The notes under the pieces: model-generated | What the model was told of the DNA's origin: nothing | Databases searched by the model: none | Seen by the model: the letters and a program-made list of their open reading frames with translations, nothing else | Program-made: the position numbers and the translations under genes | Shown: piece after piece, positions 8,694 to 19,205 of the stretch | How the letters are laid out: every line of letters begins with the position of its first letter | Position numbering within the stretch: the stretch's first letter is position 1 | Sequence record: MN545971.1 | Origin: Citrobacter phage HCF1 | Length of the DNA: 45,725 bases | Strand: one strand, 5' to 3'

Positions 8694-9556
8694 ATGTCAA
8701 ACAAAGAAAACGGCGGCGGAAAGCCTGAACTTTAAGAAACTTTATAACAAACAATACTCCGATATTGTTGGCGCAAATATAAGCGGAAATAACAAGCTTA
8801 CTCCAGAACAGCTTATGCAACTTGTCGTTAATTATTTTGAGTGGGCGGAAACCAACGCTATTAAAGCTGGTGCTGAATCATCTTTCGAGGTCGCACGTAT
8901 CAAGATACGATCACAAGGCCGCGAGTCTTTACGTGGAATGGGCTTACTCTTTTCACGGGTGTATCAACTGGAATTATTCAGCGCTGGAAACGACAGCCGG
9001 CTACATGGCTAAAGAGCTTGGCATTGATAAAGGCGACACGTTCAATATTTCAGCCAATGCAGAGGCAGAAGCCAACACGGAAGAAGCTATGGAGAAAGCC
9101 GTGATTAGCGTATTGAGCAAGCTGGAAGTGTTAGACTTTGCGGATCAGGTTATTCGCGAACAAAAATACCAGTACGCCGCAAACGGAATGATTAACACAA
9201 ACATGATCGCTAAAGAGCTTGGCATTGATAAAGGCGACACGTTCAATATTTCAGCCAATGCAGAGGCAGAAGCCAACACGGAAGAAGCTATGGAGAAAGC
9301 CGTGATTAGCGTATTGAGCAAGCTGAAAATGATGTTCTTTCGTCTGAGTCGGGAAGTGTTAGACTTTGCGGATCAGGTTATTCGCGAACAAAAATACCAG
9401 TACGCCGCAAACGGAATGATTAACACAAACATGATCGCTAAAGAGCTTGGCATTGATAAAGGCGACACGTTCAATATTTCAGCCAATGCAGAGGCAGAAG
9501 CCAACACGGAAGAAGCTATGGAGAAAGCCGTGATTAGCGTATTGAGCAAGCTGTAA
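8694..9556 (+). CDS. terminase small subunit (P22 gp3-like), frameshifted and internally duplicated
   Basis: PEQLMQLVVNYFEWAETN... and VLDFADQVIREQKYQYAANGMINTNMIAKELGIDKGD resemble P22 gp3 family. Confidence 0.7.
9008..9552 (+). repeat. three near-tandem copies (offsets 201 and 228 bp) in terminase small subunit gene
   Basis: GCTAAAGAGCTTGGCATTG at 9008, 9209, 9437; 27-bp extra segment before copy 3. Confidence 0.85.
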
Positions 9557-9628
9557 GGGGTAAATTATTGACGGCATTGAATACTTTTCATTCTGGCCTA
9601 AAAGGAAAGCATTCACGATCTTGTTGCT

Positions 9629-11386
9629 TTGCGTGATGCTGACTTATATACATTCCTTTCTCAGTATCAGCAGGAGCCGATCGCACTTGGCGGTAATGCT
9701 CTCAACGTGGAATGGTTCCAGTATTACGGAACCGGAGAAAAAGCGACAGTGCGCAAGCCCGATCGTTTTGACTACACGGTTATAACGGCTGACACCGCTC
9801 AGAAAGAAGGTGAGTTAAACGACTACTCTGTTTTGTGCTATTGGGGTATGTATCGCGGAAAGGCGTATTTTATTGACGGTGTACGCGGCAAGTGGGAAGC
9901 CCCAGCGCTGGAGACTCAATTCAAAGCGTTTGTTTCTCAATGCTGGAATCGTAATAAGGAATGCGGAACACTAAGAAAAATCTACGTAGAGGATAAAGCG
10001 AGCGGTACAGGTTTGATTCAGAATTGCCGCAAGGCGTTTCCGATCGAAATTACGCCGTTGCAGCGTGATAAAGACAAGGTAACTAGATGCATGGATGCGC
10101 AGCCAGTAATTAAAACGGTTACGCGCAAGCCCGATCGTTTTGACTACACGGTTATAACGGCTGACACCGCTCAGAAAGAAGGTGAGTTAAACGACTACTC
10201 TGTTTTGTGCTATTGGGGTATGTATCGCGGAAAGGCGTATTTTATTGACGGTGTACGCGGCAAGTGGGAAGCCCCAGCGCTGGAGACTCAATTCAAAGCG
10301 TTTGTTTCTCAATGCTGGAATCGTAATAAGGAATGCGGAACACTAAGAAAAATCTACGTAGAGGATAAAGCGAGCGGTACAGGTTTGATTCAGAATTGCC
10401 GCAAGGCGTTTCCGATCGAAATTACGCCGTTGCAGCGTGATAAAGACAAGGTAACTAGATGCATGGATGCGCAGCCAGTAATTAAAACGGTTACGCGCAA
10501 GCCCGATCGTTTTGACTACACGGTTATAACGGCTGACACCGCTCAGAAAGAAGGTGAGTTAAACGACTACTCTGTTTTGTGCTATTGGGGTATGTATCGC
10601 GGAAAGGCGTATTTTATTGACGGTGTACGCGGCAAGTGGGAAGCCCCAGCGCTGGAGACTCAATTCAAAGCGTTTGTTTCTCAATGCTGGAATCGTAATA
10701 AGGAATGCGGAACACTAAGAAAAATCTACGTAGAGGATAAAGCGAGCGGTACAGGTTTGATTCAGAATTGCCGCAAGGCGTTTCCGATCGAAATTACGCC
10801 GTTGCAGCGTGATAAAGACAAGGTAACTAGATGCATGGATGCGCAGCCAGTAATTAAAACGGTTACGCGCAAGCCCGATCGTTTTGACTACACGGTTATA
10901 ACGGCTGACACCGCTCAGAAAGAAGGTGAGTTAAACGACTACTCTGTTTTGTGCTATTGGGGTATGTATCGCGGAAAGGCGTATTTTATTGACGGTGTAC
11001 GCGGCAAGTGGGAAGCCCCAGCGCTGGAGACTCAATTCAAAGCGTTTGTTTCTCAATGCTGGAATCGTAATAAGGAATGCGGAACACTAAGAAAAATCTA
11101 CGTAGAGGATAAAGCGAGCGGTACAGGTTTGATTCAGAATTGCCGCAAGGCGTTTCCGATCGAAATTACGCCGTTGCAGCGTGATAAAGACAAGGTAACT
11201 AGATGCATGGATGCGCAGCCAGTAATTAAAACGGTTACGATCTTGCCTGAATCACACCATATGCTTAATGAGTTTTTGGCAGAGGCGGCGGCATTCACTT
11301 ACGATGATAGCCACCCTCATGATGATATTATGGATAACCTTTTGATGTGGTTAACATCGAAATCAACCTCGCAACAACGCTGTTGA
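9629..11386 (+). CDS. terminase large subunit, C-terminal nuclease part only, with 124-aa segment in four exact copies
   Basis: DADLYTFLSQYQQEPIALGG, RFDYTVITADTAQKEGELNDYSVLCYWGMYRGKAYFIDGVRGKWEAPALE, VEDKASGTGLIQNC; no Walker A ATPase half upstream. Confidence 0.8.
   Translation: MRDADLYTFLSQYQQEPIALGGNALNVEWFQYYGTGEKATVRKPDRFDYTVITADTAQKEGELNDYSVLCYWGMYRGKAYFIDGVRGKWEAPALETQFKAFVSQCWNRNKECGTLRKIYVEDKASGTGLIQNCRKAFPIEITPLQRDKDKVTRCMDAQPVIKTVTRKPDRFDYTVITADTAQKEGELNDYSVLCYWGMYRGKAYFIDGVRGKWEAPALETQFKAFVSQCWNRNKECGTLRKIYVEDKASGTGLIQNCRKAFPIEITPLQRDKDKVTRCMDAQPVIKTVTRKPDRFDYTVITADTAQKEGELNDYSVLCYWGMYRGKAYFIDGVRGKWEAPALETQFKAFVSQCWNRNKECGTLRKIYVEDKASGTGLIQNCRKAFPIEITPLQRDKDKVTRCMDAQPVIKTVTRKPDRFDYTVITADTAQKEGELNDYSVLCYWGMYRGKAYFIDGVRGKWEAPALETQFKAFVSQCWNRNKECGTLRKIYVEDKASGTGLIQNCRKAFPIEITPLQRDKDKVTRCMDAQPVIKTVTILPESHHMLNEFLAEAAAFTYDDSHPHDDIMDNLLMWLTSKSTSQQRC
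9751..11238 (+). repeat. 4 x 372 bp exact tandem repeat inside terL
   Basis: GCGCAAGCCCGATCG at 9751, 10123, 10495, 10867. Confidence 0.95.
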
Positions 11387-11599
11387 TAGAATGAAACGGC
11401 TTGCTGGATTAGCGAAGCGTTAACGTGTAAAATCAAAGGCTGGAATATTCCGGCCTTATTCCGGCCTAACCATGAGCGAAAAAGTAAAGCTGGTAAAAGC
11501 GATGGTTACAACGAAGTTTTCAGGGGTGGTAAAACTACGTTCAGACCGATCGCATTTTATAAGACGAAAAAGAGTTTAAATCAAAATGGGACTCATATC

Positions 11600-13122
11600 A
11601 ATGAATTTTTGTTCATTACACGCGGCTTTATATTAACGATGGTGAGCGAGTCACTAACCGCACACGACAGCAAAATGACGGCTGGGGTGCTAGCGTTTTA
11701 AATGCTCGACTTATTGAAGCGATCGTTGATTATAACTATTGCCACGAATTAGCAACGCAATTGCGCCTTGACGGTAAATTTATTGATGCGTTTGCTTGGG
11801 CGCGTTTGCTTGGCGGTTCCGGCATTCTTGTTATGCTCAATGACAACCGGAAATTAACTTCACCAGTCAAGGAAGGTGCGAAGCTTGAAGGTGTGGTTGT
11901 TTATGATCGCAATCAGATCTCAGTTGAAAAGAAAGTAACTAACCCGCGCAGTGTTCGCTACGGTGAGCCTGAAATTTATAAGATCACTCGGCGGCGCCTT
12001 GACGGTAAATTTATTGATGCGTTTGCTTGGGCGCGTTTGCTTGGCGGTTCCGGCATTCTTGTTATGCTCAATGACAACCGGAAATTAACTTCACCAGTCA
12101 AGGAAGGTGCGAAGCTTGAAGGTGTGGTTGTTTATGATCGCAATCAGATCTCAGTTGAAAAGAAAGTAACTAACCCGCGCAGTGTTCGCTACGGTGAGCC
12201 TGAAATTTATAAGATCACTCGGCGGCGCCTTGACGGTAAATTTATTGATGCGTTTGCTTGGGCGCGTTTGCTTGGCGGTTCCGGCATTCTTGTTATGCTC
12301 AATGACAACCGGAAATTAACTTCACCAGTCAAGGAAGGTGCGAAGCTTGAAGGTGTGGTTGTTTATGATCGCAATCAGATCTCAGTTGAAAAGAAAGTAA
12401 CTAACCCGCGCAGTGTTCGCTACGGTGAGCCTGAAATTTATAAGATCACTCGGCGGCTACGCCGTAAACAACAAGCAGTCTGGAAGGCTCGCGATCTGGC
12501 TGCAATGTGTGACGACGACGACGGGCGATACGCCGCACGTTTGCGACTTGCTCAGGTTGACGATGAAAGTGGAGTTGGCAAGGCGATCGGCATTGACGCA
12601 AATGATGAGGAATACCAGATCCTTAATTCTGATGTTACAGGTGTGCCGGAGTTTTTACAGGAGAAGATTGATCGCATCGTGTCGCTAACTGGCATTCATG
12701 AAATCATCCTCAAAAATAAGAACACTGGCGGCGTATCAGCAAGTCAGAATACAGCGTTAAGCACCTTCTATAAAATGATTGATCGCGAGCGTGAGGATAA
12801 ATACAGGCCGCTACTTGAGTTCGTTTTGCCGTTCATTCTCGACGAGGAAGAATGGAGCGTTGAGTTTGAACCGTTGACCGTTCCGAGCGACAAAGAAAAA
12901 TCTGAGATCTTGAGCAAAAACGTTGAATCGATCGTTAAGGCTAAATCTGAACAGATTATTGATCTCAAAGAGGCTCGCGAGTCGTTGCGTTCCATTGCGC
13001 CGGAAATTAAAATCAGCGACAGCAACACGATCAAGATTCAGGAGCCGGAAGATATTGAACCGGAACCAGTCAAGAAGGGGATTAAACAATGTTGGTGGCA
13101 TTTACGGAAATATGTTTCCTGA
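11600..13122 (+). CDS. portal protein (DUF1073/anti-CBASS-Acb1-type portal family), frameshifted and with 77-aa triplication
   Basis: DAFAWARLLGGSGILVMLNDN, YGEPEIYKI, TGIHEIILKNKNTGGVSASQNTALSTFYKMIDREREDKYRPLLEFVLPFIL. Confidence 0.65.
11763..12456 (+). repeat. 3 x 231 bp exact tandem repeat in portal gene
   Basis: GCGCCTTGACGGTAAATTT at 11763, 11994, 12225. Confidence 0.9.
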
Positions 13123-13985
13123 TATGACAGAAAGAGACGTAACAAACGCTCTTAATGAACTAGCAGTTAACATCACCGAAAACGGCGAAGATGTAGAGGC
13201 GGCAATTGCCGCCTTTATGACTCTTGTTTTGGTTTTGCCGCTAGCGCATACAAATACCATACGCGACAATTTGTCAGAATGGCGAAACAGACAGGCGGGA
13301 AGAATAACCGATCCGTCATTCTCCTTTCCTGATATGACAGAAAGAGACGTAACAAACGCTCTTAATGAACTAGCAGTTAACATCACCGAAAACGGCGAAG
13401 ATGTAGAGGCGGCAATTGCCGCCTTTATGACTCTTGTTTTGGTTTTGCCGCTAGCGCATACAAATACCATACGCGACAATTTGTCAGAATGGCGAAACAG
13501 ACAGGCGGGAAGAATAACCGATCCGTCATTCTCCAATGAGCCGTGGTTCAATTCAAAATATGCAACGTGGCGCGAGTTAATTGCGGCATCAGTTAGAAAG
13601 TTTGCGTATAATGTGCTGGATGATTGGGAGGTACAGCAGCGCTTAAATGAATTGCAGGAGAAAGCAGAAACAAAACGCCAGATCCAAAAGCGCTTGCAAA
13701 AATACAAGGCTTGGGCTAGGAACCGCGCCGCTGGTTTTGTCGGATCGTGGTATTCTGTTTTAATGTATCAGCGCGTAGTTGATTCTGGTGTTACCCATTA
13801 TATTTGGCGCACTCAGGAAGATAACCGCGTTAGACCGGCACGCAGTGCTTAACATGAAACGGATCTCATTAGCTATAAAGCACATTTTTCCGGTCAGGAG
13901 TATAATTGCCGTTGACCGTCCAATTAAGAAAAGGTTGACGGTATTCCGGCGCAGATCGAAGAAGCTGTTAAAAAGCGAAAGCTGA
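13086..13985 (+). CDS. phage head morphogenesis protein (SPP1 gp7 / Mu gpF-like)
   Basis: VDSGVTHYIWRTQEDNRVRPAR near C terminus; downstream frameshift. Confidence 0.6.
13115..13534 (+). repeat. 2 x 210 bp exact direct repeat in head morphogenesis gene
   Basis: TTTCCTGATATGACAGAAAGAG at 13115 and 13325. Confidence 0.9.
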
Positions 13986-14100
13986 TGCGGAAGAACTTGC
14001 GGCGCTCGTTGCTGTTGCTGGTGAAGCTGGCGTTAAAACCGATGGACTTGATGCGAAAGGTATTAAGATCGCATTTATCAAGGAAACGACTGGTAAAGAC

Positions 14101-15276
14101 GTGGCGCGTATTGGTTTACAGGTATACCAGACGCCACACGGAGAACGGCGTGAATTTCGTCCAGCATCCGAGGTGGTTGGTTCTTGCGCTGGTGCTGGCG
14201 TCCCAAATGGCGTAGGTGTTGAAGCACCATTAAGCATTTACGTTAAGCGAGCAATCGAAAGCGCTAAGAAGCGAGACACGGCAGAAATTAGCGTTGGCTA
14301 TACGTCTATTGATATCGATAAGCACGGTTGGGGATGCAATGAAACGGGAGAATATATCTTTGAGGAATTCAAGGCTGACAGTCTGGCAACATATGCAGGA
14401 AAGCCGATCACTCTTGGACACGTCACGGTGACGCCTGAAAATGCGGATCGCGTTGTTGTTGGTTCTTGCGCTGGTGCTGGCGTCCCAAATGGCGTAGGTG
14501 TTGAAGCACCATTAAGCATTTACGTTAAGCGAGCAATCGAAAGCGCTAAGAAGCGAGACACGGCAGAAATTAGCGTTGGCTATACGTCTATTGATATCGA
14601 TAAGCACGGTTGGGGATGCAATGAAACGGGAGAATATATCTTTGAGGAAGATATGAAAGCAGACGAACAGCCGCCGAAAGGATGGGTTAAGTTCGATGCA
14701 TTGCAGACAAATATCAGTGTTAACCATATTGCACTCGTATTTAAAGGGCGCGCAGGAATCGCTAAATTGAATCTTGATAGTGAGCAAGAATTTCCGTATG
14801 ATAACAGCGTTAAATCTGATGATGGAGATATTACTATGACTGTAAAAATTAAGCTTGACGGCGCTGTTGAGTTTGACGTGCCAAAAGAGGTAGCGACTTT
14901 CATTGATAACCTGAAAGCTGATGTTACCGCAGCAAATAAAAAGCTGATGGCCTTGAAGCAGAGCGCGACAACCAGCGAAAAATCCGACGCCTATATTGAA
15001 GCGGCTTTTGATATGGCTCAGGATCTGGATATCACCGCCGAAAATCGCGCTACCATTAAAGGTGACGCAGAGAAACAGAAAAAGAAGATGGCGTTGATCA
15101 GGATCTTAATCCTAACGCACGTCAGCGAAAAATCCGACGCCTATATTGAAGCGGCTTTTGATATGGCTCAGGATCTGGATATCACCGCCGAAAATCGCGC
15201 TACCATTAAAGGTGACGCAGAGAAACAGAAAAAGAAGATGGCGTTGATCAGGATCTTAATCCTAACGCACGTCTGA
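14101..15276 (+). CDS. DUF2213-like phage protein (putative prohead protease/scaffold)
   Basis: YQTPHGERREFRPASEV...SLATYAGKPITLGHV...VTPENADRVVVGSC...ISVGYTSIDI... plus C-terminal coiled segment KLMALKQSATTSEKSDAYIEAAFDMAQDLDI. Confidence 0.65.
   Translation: MARIGLQVYQTPHGERREFRPASEVVGSCAGAGVPNGVGVEAPLSIYVKRAIESAKKRDTAEISVGYTSIDIDKHGWGCNETGEYIFEEFKADSLATYAGKPITLGHVTVTPENADRVVVGSCAGAGVPNGVGVEAPLSIYVKRAIESAKKRDTAEISVGYTSIDIDKHGWGCNETGEYIFEEDMKADEQPPKGWVKFDALQTNISVNHIALVFKGRAGIAKLNLDSEQEFPYDNSVKSDDGDITMTVKIKLDGAVEFDVPKEVATFIDNLKADVTAANKKLMALKQSATTSEKSDAYIEAAFDMAQDLDITAENRATIKGDAEKQKKKMALIRILILTHVSEKSDAYIEAAFDMAQDLDITAENRATIKGDAEKQKKKMALIRILILTHV
14176..14649 (+). repeat. non-tandem exact duplication, offset 282 bp
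   Basis: GTTGGTTCTTGCGCTGGTGCTGG at 14176 and 14458; copies separated by single-copy FKADSLATYAGKPITLGHVTVTPENADRV. Confidence 0.9.
14973..15272 (+). repeat. 2 x 150 bp direct repeat
   Basis: CAGCGAAAAATCCGACGCC at 14973 and 15123. Confidence 0.9.
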
Positions 15277-15309
15277 ACAAACTGAAATAATTTTAGGAGA
15301 TAAATATTA

Positions 15310-15935
15310 TGGCACAGATTAACGCATCTTACGCAGTTGCAATGGCTTACGCACTGCCCGGCGGGTTTCTGACACTTCCGCTTATAACATTGATGGCGCT
15401 TGCTGCACAGATTAACGCATCTTACGCAGTTGCAATGGCTTACGCACTGCCCGGCGGGTTTCTGACACTTCCGCTTATAACATTGATGGCGCTTGCTTAG
15501 CGTGACTGAAACCAATCAGAGATATAAGGGCATTGGCAAATTTAACGGCAAGCCTTTTGGTGTTGTGTTTCTCGATAATTGCAATTATCAGGAAGGTGAT
15601 CCGATTCCAGTAGTATCAAAAGGTAAGGTTTTGCATCTTAGCGTGACTGAAACCAATCAGAGATATAAGGGCATTGGCAAATTTAACGGCAAGCCTTTTG
15701 GTGTTGTGTTTCTCGATAATTGCAATTATCAGGAAGGTGATCCGATTCCAGTAGTATCAAAAGGTAAGGTTTTGCATTAACGAGAATGCAGGAACAGCCG
15801 GAACCGTTACAACAGGTTTTGTTGACGATGAAGGGCTTGCGTCTCTGACTGGTTCAATCTTCGATCGCTGTTTATTCACCGGAACGTTTTACAGGGTCAA
15901 TTATGATACTTCTATCGTTGGCATTCAGTTACCAT
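15310..15935 (+). CDS. putative phage structural/decoration protein, fragmented by duplications and frameshifts
   Basis: MAQINASYA..., QRYKGIGKFNGKPFGVVFLDNCNYQEGDPIPVVSKGKV, then FVDDEGLASLTGSIFDRCLFTGTFY in another frame. Confidence 0.45.
15312..15497 (+). repeat. 2 x 93 bp exact direct repeat
   Basis: GCACAGATTAACGCATC at 15312 and 15405. Confidence 0.9.
15499..15778 (+). repeat. 141 bp direct repeat
   Basis: AGCGTGACTGAAACCAATCAG at 15499 and 15640. Confidence 0.9.
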
Positions 15936-16009
15936 AAAAAGGCTTGAACGTTTAACAAAAATGCTATATTAAAGCCGTTATGTTGACGGCTTTTAAATAG
16001 GGAATATAT

Positions 16010-17111
16010 TATGTCCAAAGAAAAGAAACTAACGAGCTTTCTGATACCGATAAAACTTTTGAATACCGGTATTCGATAAAGTTGGTCTGGCTCAGATTAT
16101 CGCAGACTATACCGACGACCTGCCGACTGTTGACGCGTTACTTCTGAGTTTGGTAAAGTGTTCCGCTTGGGTAATGCTTTCCTGATCTCCATTGACGAGA
16201 TCAAGGCTGGCGCTAGAACTGGTAAATCGCTGTCTACTCGCAAAGCTAACGCCGCGCAACTGGCACACGATCAGCTTGTGAACAAACTGGTGTTCAAGGG
16301 TTCAAAGCCGCACAAAATTCCGAGCGTGTTTGAGCATCCGAACATCACGAAGATTGTTTCTGCTAAGTGGATGGATGGAGCAACCAAAAGCCGGAAACCG
16401 CACAGGATGAACTGGAGAAAGCAATCGAGACGATTGAGACTCAGACTAACGGGATGCACCGCGCAACTCACATTCCGCAAAGTTCTTTCCGTCCGTATGC
16501 CGGAAACCACTGAAAGCTATCTGCAATACTTCCAGAAACAGAATGCTGGCATTACCTTTGAGGCGGTTTCTGAACTGGAAAATTACGATGGCGCAGGTAA
16601 TAAAGCCGTACTGGTTTACGAAAAGATCCGAACTTCTGAGTTTGGTAAAGTGTTCCGCTTGGGTAATGCTTTCCTGATCTCCATTGACGAGATCAAGGCT
16701 GGCGCTAGAACTGGTAAATCGCTGTCTACTCGCAAAGCTAACGCCGCGCAACTGGCACACGATCAGCTTGTGAACAAACTGGTGTTCAAGGGTTCAAAGC
16801 CGCACAAAATTCCGAGCGTGTTTGAGCATCCGAACATCACGAAGATTGTTTCTGCTAAGTGGATGGATGGAGCAACCAAAAGCCGGAAACCGCACAGGAT
16901 GAACTGGAGAAAGCAATCGAGACGATTGAGACTCAGACTAACGGGATGCACCGCGCAACTCACATTCAACATGAGCATTGAAATTCCAGAAGCGTTTAAC
17001 ATGCTTCCGGCTCAGGCTAAAGATCTGCATTTCAAGATTCCGTGTACGTCTAAATGCACTGGCTTAACCATCTATCGCCCGTTAACCCTTGTGTTAATCA
17101 CTGGCGTGTAA
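16010..17111 (+). CDS. major capsid protein (DUF2184-like), with 5' frameshifts and a large duplication
   Basis: VFRLGNAFLISIDEIKAGARTGKSLSTRKANAAQLAHDQLVNKLVFKGS..., ETTESYLQYFQKQNAGITFEAVSELEN, MSIEIPEAFNMLPAQAKDLHFKIPCTSKCTGLTIYRPLTLVLITGV. Confidence 0.65.
16142..16969 (+). repeat. ~338 bp exact duplication, offset 492 bp, in capsid gene
   Basis: TTCTGAGTTTGGTAAAGTGTTCC at 16142 and 16634. Confidence 0.9.
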
Positions 17112-17241
17112 TAAAATCAGGAATCCCTTACGGGGTTCCCTTTATTTACAGGAGAAATCAAAATGGCAGCAGCAAAAAATCATCATTAAAAACACTGGCC
17201 TTTGTGTGCATATCGCCCTATTATGCGGAGGGTTGCGGTTC

Positions 17242-17682
17242 ATGTCTAACTATTCGATCCGACAGTTTCACGGAAACGTTGATAAGTGGATTGATAGCGT
17301 GGAGCAAGGGCTTGATGATGTGATTCAGATTTTCGGGGAAAAGGTTCACGGAGCACTTGTTGAACTTGCACCAGTAGACACCGGACGATTTCGCGGGAAC
17401 ATGCAGATCACAGCAAACAAGCCACCGCTTTACGCGCTCAATCAATACGACAAAGACGGAGAAAAGACAAAGGCAGAAGGAAGGCGCACATTATACGCCT
17501 TGCTTCATGGAGGCGGAGCAATCCACTCTCTTTATTTCTCCAACATGCTTATTTACGCTAACGCGCTTGAGTACGGTCATTCGCCGCAAGCACCCGCAGG
17601 TGTATTCGGCATTGTTGCGATCCGTCTACGTTCGTATATGGCTCAGGCAATTAAAGAGGCGAAAATGAAAAATGCACTATGA
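17242..17682 (+). CDS. HK97 gp10-like tail/head-tail completion protein
   Basis: MSNYSIRQFHGNVDKWIDSVEQGLDDV...VELAPVDTGRFRGNMQ...NALEYGHSPQAPAGV. Confidence 0.65.
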   Translation: MSNYSIRQFHGNVDKWIDSVEQGLDDVIQIFGEKVHGALVELAPVDTGRFRGNMQITANKPPLYALNQYDKDGEKTKAEGRRTLYALLHGGGAIHSLYFSNMLIYANALEYGHSPQAPAGVFGIVAIRLRSYMAQAIKEAKMKNAL

Positions 17683-18159
17683 ATTATCTATTGCCGCTCG
17701 CGTGGCATTAGCCGAACAATTCGGCAAGGCTTATCCGATCCAATATGAAAACGTTGATTTCGTTCCCCAGCTAATGGCGGAATGTATCTTAAATACGACT
17801 ATATTGATTCAGACACTGAATTTTTATCACTGGATCGTAAATGCAAATCATATATCGGAATGGTTCAGATCGGAATTTATCTTAAATACGACTATATTGA
17901 TTCAGACACTGAATTTTTATCACTGGATCGTAAATGCAAATCATATATCGGAATGGTTCAGATCGGAATTGTTTTCCCTCCGTGCTCAGGCACTGACAAG
18001 GCGCGGCGCATAGCAAAAGATATTGCCGATTTCTTTGAGGATGGTAAAATGCTTGCGACTGGTTATATTTCAGAAGGTGCAATTACGCACAAATTACAAA
18101 AATCAGAAACGGGATGGTTTTATCCGGTTCGTTTCTACGTTCGTTTTGATGGTAAATAA
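17672..18159 (+). CDS. tail terminator-like protein (DUF4128-type), duplicated segment
   Basis: VALAEQFG..., GTDKARRIAKDIADFFEDGKMLATGYISEGA; duplication disrupts reading frame. Confidence 0.5.
17788..17970 (+). repeat. 2-copy 93 bp direct repeat
   Basis: CTTAAATACGACTATATTG at 17788 and 17881. Confidence 0.9.
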
Positions 18160-18169
18160 GGGGCATAAT

Positions 18170-18831
18170 ATGCACTTACCGAATGGATCACAAATTTTCG
18201 TCGAGAACATGCGCGGCGAATCAAAAGACGCAACCGCGATCACTAACGCAATCAAGCCAGTGCTAACCGTTGCCGAGGGCGGGACTGATTTTGCAAAAGG
18301 CGATTATATTATTGTCACCGCCGCAAGCTGGGGTAAACTGATTGATCGCGTTCTGCGTGTTACCGCATCAACTGAAACGGAAGTTACTGTTGAAGGAATC
18401 GACACCAGTGATACTAACGTATTTCCGGCTGGAAACGTAACCGCGACTTTTGCAAAAATCACTGGCTGGACTGAGATCCCGTGCGTGCAGGACTTGGGGC
18501 AGGACGGCGGCGAGCAACAGTATTACACTTATCAGTGTTTGAGCGACGACCGGAGCAGCAGTTACCGACTTATAAGAGCGCGGTTTCTCTCACCTACTCT
18601 TTCGCGCACGAATACGATAACCCGATTTATCCGCTGTTGCGTAAAGCTGACGAATCCGGCGATGTTCGCGCGTTGCGCATGTACGTACCGAAAGCGAAAG
18701 AAATGCGTTGCTGGGCTGGTGTTCTTTCTTTCAACGAGATCCCGCAGACCGCAGTTAACGAAATGGAAACCGTTTCTCTGTCTGTATCGCTGAAAGGTCG
18801 TTTCACTTTCTTACCTGCATCAGTTGAATAA
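18170..18831 (+). CDS. major tail tube protein (frameshift near 18550)
   Basis: MHLPNGSQIFVENMRG...TEIPCVQDLGQDGGEQQYYTYQCLSDD + SYSFAHEYDNPIYPLLRKADESGDVRALRMYVPKAKE...LSVSLKGRFTFLPAS. Confidence 0.65.
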
Positions 18832-18834
18832 TAA

Positions 18835-18862
18835 TAGGGGCGTTGCCCCTTTTTATTTTGGT
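18835..18862 (+). terminator. Rho-independent terminator
   Basis: AGGGGCGTTGCCCCTTTTTATTTT. Confidence 0.75.
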
Positions 18863-18899
18863 GTAATATCAAATCAGTTTTTAACAGGAGAATAAAACA

Positions 18900-19205
18900 A
18901 TGGCTAAGATGAAACTGAAAACTGTAAAACGCCTCAATGACTTTTGGCTTCCGGTTGAGTTCGTATTGCCAGACGGCAACGTAGCAGAGTTTAAGTTTAA
19001 AGTACGTCACTTAACGTCTGATGAATTAAAAGAGATCACAGGCCGCGAGCAGGACGATATTCAATTTATTATGTCTATTGCTTCCGGTTGGGATCTTGAA
19101 GATGAGTTTAACGAAGAAGGTGTTACCGATCTTGTTAAAACTTATCCTGCGGCGGTGCTTGCCCTGATGGGTGATTATATGAAAGCCCGGCAGGTCAGCG
19201 CGTAA
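18900..19205 (+). CDS. tail assembly chaperone (gpG-like)
   Basis: position after tube protein; LKTVKRLNDFWLPVEFVLPDGNVAEFKFKVRHLTSDELKEI. Confidence 0.6.
   Translation: MAKMKLKTVKRLNDFWLPVEFVLPDGNVAEFKFKVRHLTSDELKEITGREQDDIQFIMSIASGWDLEDEFNEEGVTDLVKTYPAAVLALMGDYMKARQVSA

Noticed and set aside
9751-11238. Tandem array could be read as a CRISPR or satellite
   Set aside because: Units are 372 bp, coding, contiguous and in frame, with no spacers. It is a duplicated terminase segment.
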